A stretch of 64,000 nt of DNA from Lepidodermella squamata. Its lineage: Eukaryota > Animalia > Gastrotricha. Position numbers and translations under genes: made by a program. Within the stretch, counting starts at the first letter, position 1, and each line of letters begins with the position of its first letter. Where the stretch lies: positions 248,001 to 312,000 of the forward strand of contig JBLDXI010000012.1 in assembly GCA_047495785.1 (NCBI GenBank). Direction: 5' to 3'. Positions 58,187 to 64,000 of this stretch are shown piece by piece. A model generated the notes under the pieces. The model was not told the origin of the DNA and ran no database searches. It saw only the letters and a program-made list of their open reading frames with translations.

Positions 58187-59650
58187 ATGGCAACCAACAC
58201 GCCGTCGGGATTCGGCTGTGGAGATGTAAGTATCAGCAGCATGCTCTTCAACGTTACTTTGGATTTTCGATTCCCCAATAAAATTTAGATTATTATTTCA
58301 TGCCACATATCCACAAGCGCTGACGTCCATAATATGTTTTAACCCATTTTGTCCAAAACTCACCCGTGTAATAGCATTGCAAAAAAATCCAGAAAAAATG
58401 GAGCATCGGCTAGACAAGTTTATTTTCCGATTGCCCATTGTCCTAAATACTTTTGAAAAATTTTGGGGATTTTTGATAACAACTGACATCATGGGGAAGT
58501 GTAAAACGCAGCTGGCGGGTAGCGCAAAAAATTCATTCTCGTGCTTTTTTTCTCCTGGCTTGCAAGTCATAGGTTATTGGTCCGAAAAATCAATAGAATT
58601 ATTTTAATACCGTCAAACGGGGTGGCTTTGCCAGCCGGGGTCACTTTGCCACGGAAAAATGGGGCGAATTTCGCATAGCCATTTCTTAGAGGTATCAAGA
58701 TATAGACTCCTTGAGTGGGATACCGTTGGAAAGCCCAAGAAAAGACCAACTGGAGTGCCTTAAACATACTTCAGCCCTTAACAATACCTGGTGATTAAAC
58801 ACTGGTAAAGTTGAGTGAAAAAATACCGTTTTCGGCAGAATTTAGATGAAGTCGACCAGGTATGATCAAAATGAAAAAACCTTGTCATTTTCGAGCAGCC
58901 CCAACACAAGCTATCCAGCGGTAACCCACTTGAGAGGTATCCGCCTTTCCACCTGCGGTTTGAGTTAGGGCAGAGTCACCCCATCTGCATCTAAACCGTA
59001 CACAGGGTCACTTTGCCACCCTTCCACGTCAGTTATTAAGTTAAATACGGCTCAAACAGTTCCACAACGTACATATGTAATTAACTTCTCCGTCATCAGG
59101 GCTTTCCATTGACATCCTACTTGACATATGTATCATGCCTGAGAAAATGACATCTTGTGTGATCTAAACTCGATCGCAAAATCCTATGGCAATGTCACCC
59201 CACTAGCTAAAGTCGCCCCGTTTGACTGTATATCTGGTCTTGAAATTTCGTTTAAAAAAGCAGGAGGCTGTCAAAGGCTTGAAGTTAGTAATTTTCAAAA
59301 ATACCTCTCTTGAGGAAACATCGGCCCCATGAAATTTCAGGCTCAGTCATCATCCAAATCATCCCGTGTTAAATTTTAGGACTTGAGCAATCAATCAAAT
59401 GTATGCTACAATTTTACGCAGGATATTACCTAATACCTTAAAGATGTTTTATGTGCAGATCCCAACTTTACTTCAGCTTAAAATTTCAAATGTACTCATT
59501 TACTTGACAGATTATTGCGCTGATGGTGTCGCTGTTCGCCTTCGCACTCTTAGCAAGTAAGTCTTCTTAACATCCTATTGAAATATGTACCGAATTTTCT
59601 CATTTGTTCCGCCCACAGTTGTTATCTACATTCAAAGCGGCGCCCTCTGA
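58187..59650 (+). CDS. Candidate spliced transmembrane micropeptide (38-45 aa)
   Basis: aaaATGg start, GTAAGT donors at 58226 and 59557, CAG acceptors ending 59510 and 59618, hydrophobic product, AATAAA at 59693-59698. Confidence 0.4.
58610..59228. mobile_element. pogo/Tc1-mariner-like MITE, 619 bp
   Basis: ~42 bp inverted termini (CCGTCAAACGGGGTGGCTTTG.. / ..AAAGTCGCCCCGTTTGACTG) flanked by TA on both sides; no transposase ORF. Confidence 0.78.
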
Positions 59651-62196
59651 AAACGTGACTTTTGTTACAGCTCGAATATTCCGGAAATTTTTAATAAATC
59701 AAGCTATTTATAACTGGTATTTTTTCCATCGCGTACCAATTTAAATTTATCCGGAGAGTGGCCGGATTAAGCTGAGGGACTTCGAGTCTCCGGATATTGT
59801 GCAACCGTGACGCGCGATAATTTAAAACAAGACGGCGATGCATTTTCTGGTTTCATACACAGACAACATCTTTATTTTAATAATGATGCGGCAAAGATCG
59901 GAAAACGTCATCAACTTCATCCGCACATTTTATCCTTCCGCGCACGCGTTCGCCGTTTTCATCAAACACTGGTTACACGTGGCATAACATAATTATAATA
60001 TTATCATCGTTATCAATAATAATATATCAATTAGTAAACGAAGAATTTAGTTATTTGTTATCATCTTCCTCATCATCTTAGCGTGTTGTATAAGTAATGT
60101 TGATAGCAATAATAAGATGTCATAATAACAATAATAAGAACAATAACAATACTATCAAGAGCAATTTTTCGACGGCCTATTTCAACCAGGCATCGCGCCA
60201 CGCTTCGCCCATTCATAACGTATTTTTAATAGCATATGAATGAACCGTGGCGCGACTCGGTCACCCTCCTTCGCTCGTCATCATCATTCATCGCCCAGCT
60301 CCTCCTTTCCGCACAAAAACACAGTCCCGTATATGAGAGCAAATAAGAAAACAAAACTTCAATAGAGATAGAGAGAGAGAGCGTTGTGAAGTCGTAATAC
60401 GCTTCTTCCTTTCCGAGAAAACGGCAACTTCAATCGCCGCTCGTGAGTTGTCAGGCAAAGAATTATTGCCAGTTTCAGACATACACGGCACGGGCGTCAA
60501 AAGAGCGCGTTCGTTTTCAATGAATGAAGAGGAGAGACGCGAGAAGATGAAGAGAAAATAGCATGAGCACAAAAATAGCAATCATTTTTAAAACACATGC
60601 AAAAACAAAAATCCGAGCGAGCGCGAGAAAATGAAACGTCCACCTTAAAAATAGCCTGGTGCCTACTTTTCAGTCGTGATGTAATGTTTTTTTCATTGAG
60701 TCACTCACACACGCTTAAATTTTGTTGACGCTGCTTTTCCAAATAGCTCGAGATCTAAGACCAGTTACAAGTGTTTTGCTACTACCATCAGAGGGCGGCG
60801 GCAGATGAATGATGCATGATGATGATTTTTCGACAAACAAATTTCGAACAAGAAAATAGTAGATTTTTTGGCTGTTATCGTTAAAAGGTTATATATAGAT
60901 GAGACGAGTAGAAAACCTGAACAAATCGCGTATAATATATGTAAATTTTGCTGGCGGAATATGGTTTGACTACAACTAGAGTTTGTATCAATTTGCAAAC
61001 CGATGAGATGATTTATTACAAGAAACACCGAAGAAACAAAACGTGCGGCAAATTATAATGAATGAAAAGCAGACCAGAGAGCAATTTTTTATCATCATCA
61101 TCAAAGTATACATAGATGTATTTAAAGATATAGTATCAATATAAAACCTTTCCTTTTAGTTATCATATCAGATTATTTGACTGATTCTCTCAACGATTTT
61201 CCGCAGAGCATCGTTTGATCAAAAAAGTCGACTGGTAACTTTTTGGTGGATATATAAGAGTGGCGGTTCAAGTCGGACACAAGCACAAAAGCACACTGTC
61301 ACTGGCTCGCTTGGCGTCTAATAAATAATTTAGTAACAAACGATCAGCGACAAAATATGCAGCTTAATTTCTCGTCGTAAACAGAGTGAAAACTAAATTT
61401 CGAGATGATATTTTTAGGTATGTGGAGAGACTACGAGATAGAGAGGAGAGCAAGGCGGAAGCCATAATCTGGGTTGATTTGTTGAATGATGTTTTCCGGC
61501 GGCGCGGGTCGCTTTTCTTACCAAAAAAGATCGCAATATCGTGTGCAGCAACAATTATTATCATCGTAATAACAATCCGTTCACATTTTGACTTTGAAGC
61601 CAACAAACAAACAGAACAGAGACGTAAAAGAGAGTAGTTATCATTTTTTAGTTATACAATCCGTGTGCGCGTACTTCTTCGTCTTCAAATTTCGTCATTT
61701 CAGTTTTAGATATTCAGTTCCGGATGAATCGAAGTCGAGAGATAGAAGCTACAATTATCAATTGTATTCCTTTCAGAACATTGAGGAGCGTTGCGGGCAG
61801 TTATTCAAAAATTTTGTTACATGACTAATGATATATTGAAATAATAATAATATTATTATCATGAAATAAACGTCGTCTTTTAGCAATTTTAACGCTTTTT
61901 TAAAAAACACATTCCTTTTGACATCTTTTCCAAGAAGAGAGCGAGATGAGACAAGTAGTAGTATTAGTATTAAATTGAAGAAGAAACACAGACGTCGACG
62001 CGAAAACACGCACACACTGACCAAAATTCAATTTTAAAGAGAGAGAAGAGAGAGATGTAATAATGAAAACACATCTTCATGTGATCAAAGTTTTTTTTTA
62101 GCAATAAGAAGAATAATAATTATTGTAGTAATTAGAATTTTACTGCAACTATTGGTTGTTGTGCTTGAACGCCTGTTTAACTCCGAAATTTTTTGT

Positions 62197-64000
62197 CTAA
62201 TTCCAGATTTTGAGCAGCGAGTCCCACGATCCAGTGCACAGAGCCATGCCGTCGTCGCTAACGCCCAGGCATGACACACGGTTATCGTGGCCGGACAAGA
62301 CGCCTAAGGAGAAAAAAAAATAATGGAAAAAATTAGGTACAACTATCGATCGAAATCCACTCAGCATAGCTAATCCATTTTTCATTCAAAATTCTCGTGA
62401 TATAATATAATAATGTATAACCACTCTTCTATTGTGAAGAGAGGTGACCTAATAAAAAAAACATTCTCCAGCACAGACGATTAATTAAAGCTCAGTACGA
62501 AACGCAAAAAAGCATGTGACTTGAGTCTAAATTTAGATGAATACTTGATTGACTGTGTGTAAGTTTATTTGAAATTATGAAGAATGAAAAATGGAACATA
62601 CCAGCCCGTTCTTGCTTGAGAACATCCCACACATTGCAGTTGAAGTCGTCGTAACCGCCGAACATTAACCGACCGGACCGGCTGAAGCCGACCGAGGTGA
62701 TGCCGCAGATGATCGACTCGTTGTGGTACATTCCGATTTCTTGATCAGCACGAATATCGAACAGGCGGCAAGTAGCGTCGTCTGAGCCAGTCGCAAAAGC
62801 GTTCCCGTTTGGAAAGTATGTGATAGCGTTGATGTCCGACTCGTGGCCGGTGAAGGTCTGCCGGCACTGGCCCTCGCGCACGTCCCACAGTTTGGCGGAG
62901 GCGTCGCAGGCGCCGCTCGTGAACGCCTGCATGTCGGGAGCGAGGCTGAGCGACATCACGTCGCCCGTGTGGCCCTGAAACTGCGTCACCTGCGTGCCGG
63001 TCTCGATGTCCCACAACGCGCACGTCATGTCGCCTGAGCTGGTCAGTATCCGCGTGTCGTCGATGAAGCGACAACACGACAGGTAGCCGGTGTGGCCGGG
63101 AAGCTCGCGCGATACTCGGACGTTGCCCTCCCGCGTCCGCAGGGAGTAAATGGAGCAGATATTGTCGAGGCCACCGCACGCGACAAAGTTGCCGGACGGC
63201 GCGTACGCACACGTCATCACCCAACTACTCCGCAGCGGTATTGCATGCACCTACAAACAACAACAACAATCAACATTAAATTCTCAATTTTTCAATTTCA
63301 TTTTTTCATAAAAAATCACTTCTATTCTCGTATTACGCTGCGGAAAATGTCCATATCTATGCACCTGATTTGACCGTCAAAGATCATCCCATGGATGGCC
63401 TAATTTCGCTTGCGTTAATTTGTTTAATTTCTAAATAAAAAATATCATTCTTGTCAGCCTATTTTCGCGTCAACGGCCTGTCGAGATTCCCTTCCTGTTT
63501 TCCGCCTCGTTTTCAGGTCTCGTCGGTGCATAGTTCGAAGTTGCGCATTCCTTGCGCCGGGCGCATCATCATCAAATTTCGCCGTCTTAGTCATACTAGT
63601 CGTCGTCTACTAATGACGATGGATGGGTTCAATTTCGTCGCGCTCGCCCACCTGCCTTATCTACCTACACAAATCAAGCTTTTAACGACACTCGCCTTCC
63701 TCACAGCTGCTAGCAAATTAAAAAAATCACTGCATGATCTATAATGAAAAAAACACAGGTGTCAGGTTACAGCAACACGTGCGGCGACCGCTCCGTGCCA
63801 TGCGGGAAGGCGAGGCGGCTCCGGAACAGTAATTGCGAAAAGCGCACCCAGCTATCGAGGTGATGGCGAAAAACGCGAGCGAGCAAAACAAAATAATACG
63901 AATTAAAAGCGTAATCTTGGCACCTTATTTGTTGTCATCCCGTCCCAGACGATGAGCTTGCCGTCTTGCGAGGCGCTGACAAGGTTCCGCGACTCGGTGC
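62197..64000 (-). CDS. GNB1: Heterotrimeric G protein beta subunit, Gbeta1-4 type (5' part outside the window); exons 63924->64000, 62602-63250, 62197-62303
   Basis: [56 protein letters not shown]; GT-AG introns in consistent phase. Confidence 0.96.

Noticed and set aside
62197-64000. Functional link between the G-beta gene and the GPCR cluster
   Set aside because: 40 kb away with unrelated housekeeping genes between; G-beta is ubiquitous, so proximity is probably chance

Overview
Eukaryotic (metazoan, probably invertebrate) genomic DNA from a compact genome with mostly 49-62 nt GT-AG introns; the species cannot be determined from the window. The dominant structure is a dense array of 29 small single-exon ORFs. 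Each has an N-terminal signal peptide and an essentially cysteine-free mature region, many have KR/RR/RxKR convertase sites, and several form diverged paralog pairs. Four intronless class C GPCR genes of GABA-B-receptor architecture (Venus flytrap directly joined to a 7TM domain) lie inside the first ~22 kb of the array. They fall into two subtypes of two copies each, and one copy is frameshifted. This interleaving of orphan prepropeptide-like genes with orphan receptors is the best candidate for an undescribed system, possibly a linked ligand-receptor or secretory locus; that interpretation is inference. The rest of the window holds: a replication-type H4-H3/H2B-H2A histone quartet with an unusual conserved element after the 3' stem-loop and an H2AX-like tail on H2A; two secreted VWA-like paralogs; TKFC/DAK; an MTFR-family gene; a small PPxY/CYSTM membrane-protein cluster; DJ-1/PARK7; the 3' part of a G-protein beta gene; a candidate spliced micropeptide; and several MITE-like elements. 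All family assignments are by eye from remembered motifs; no database searches were run.
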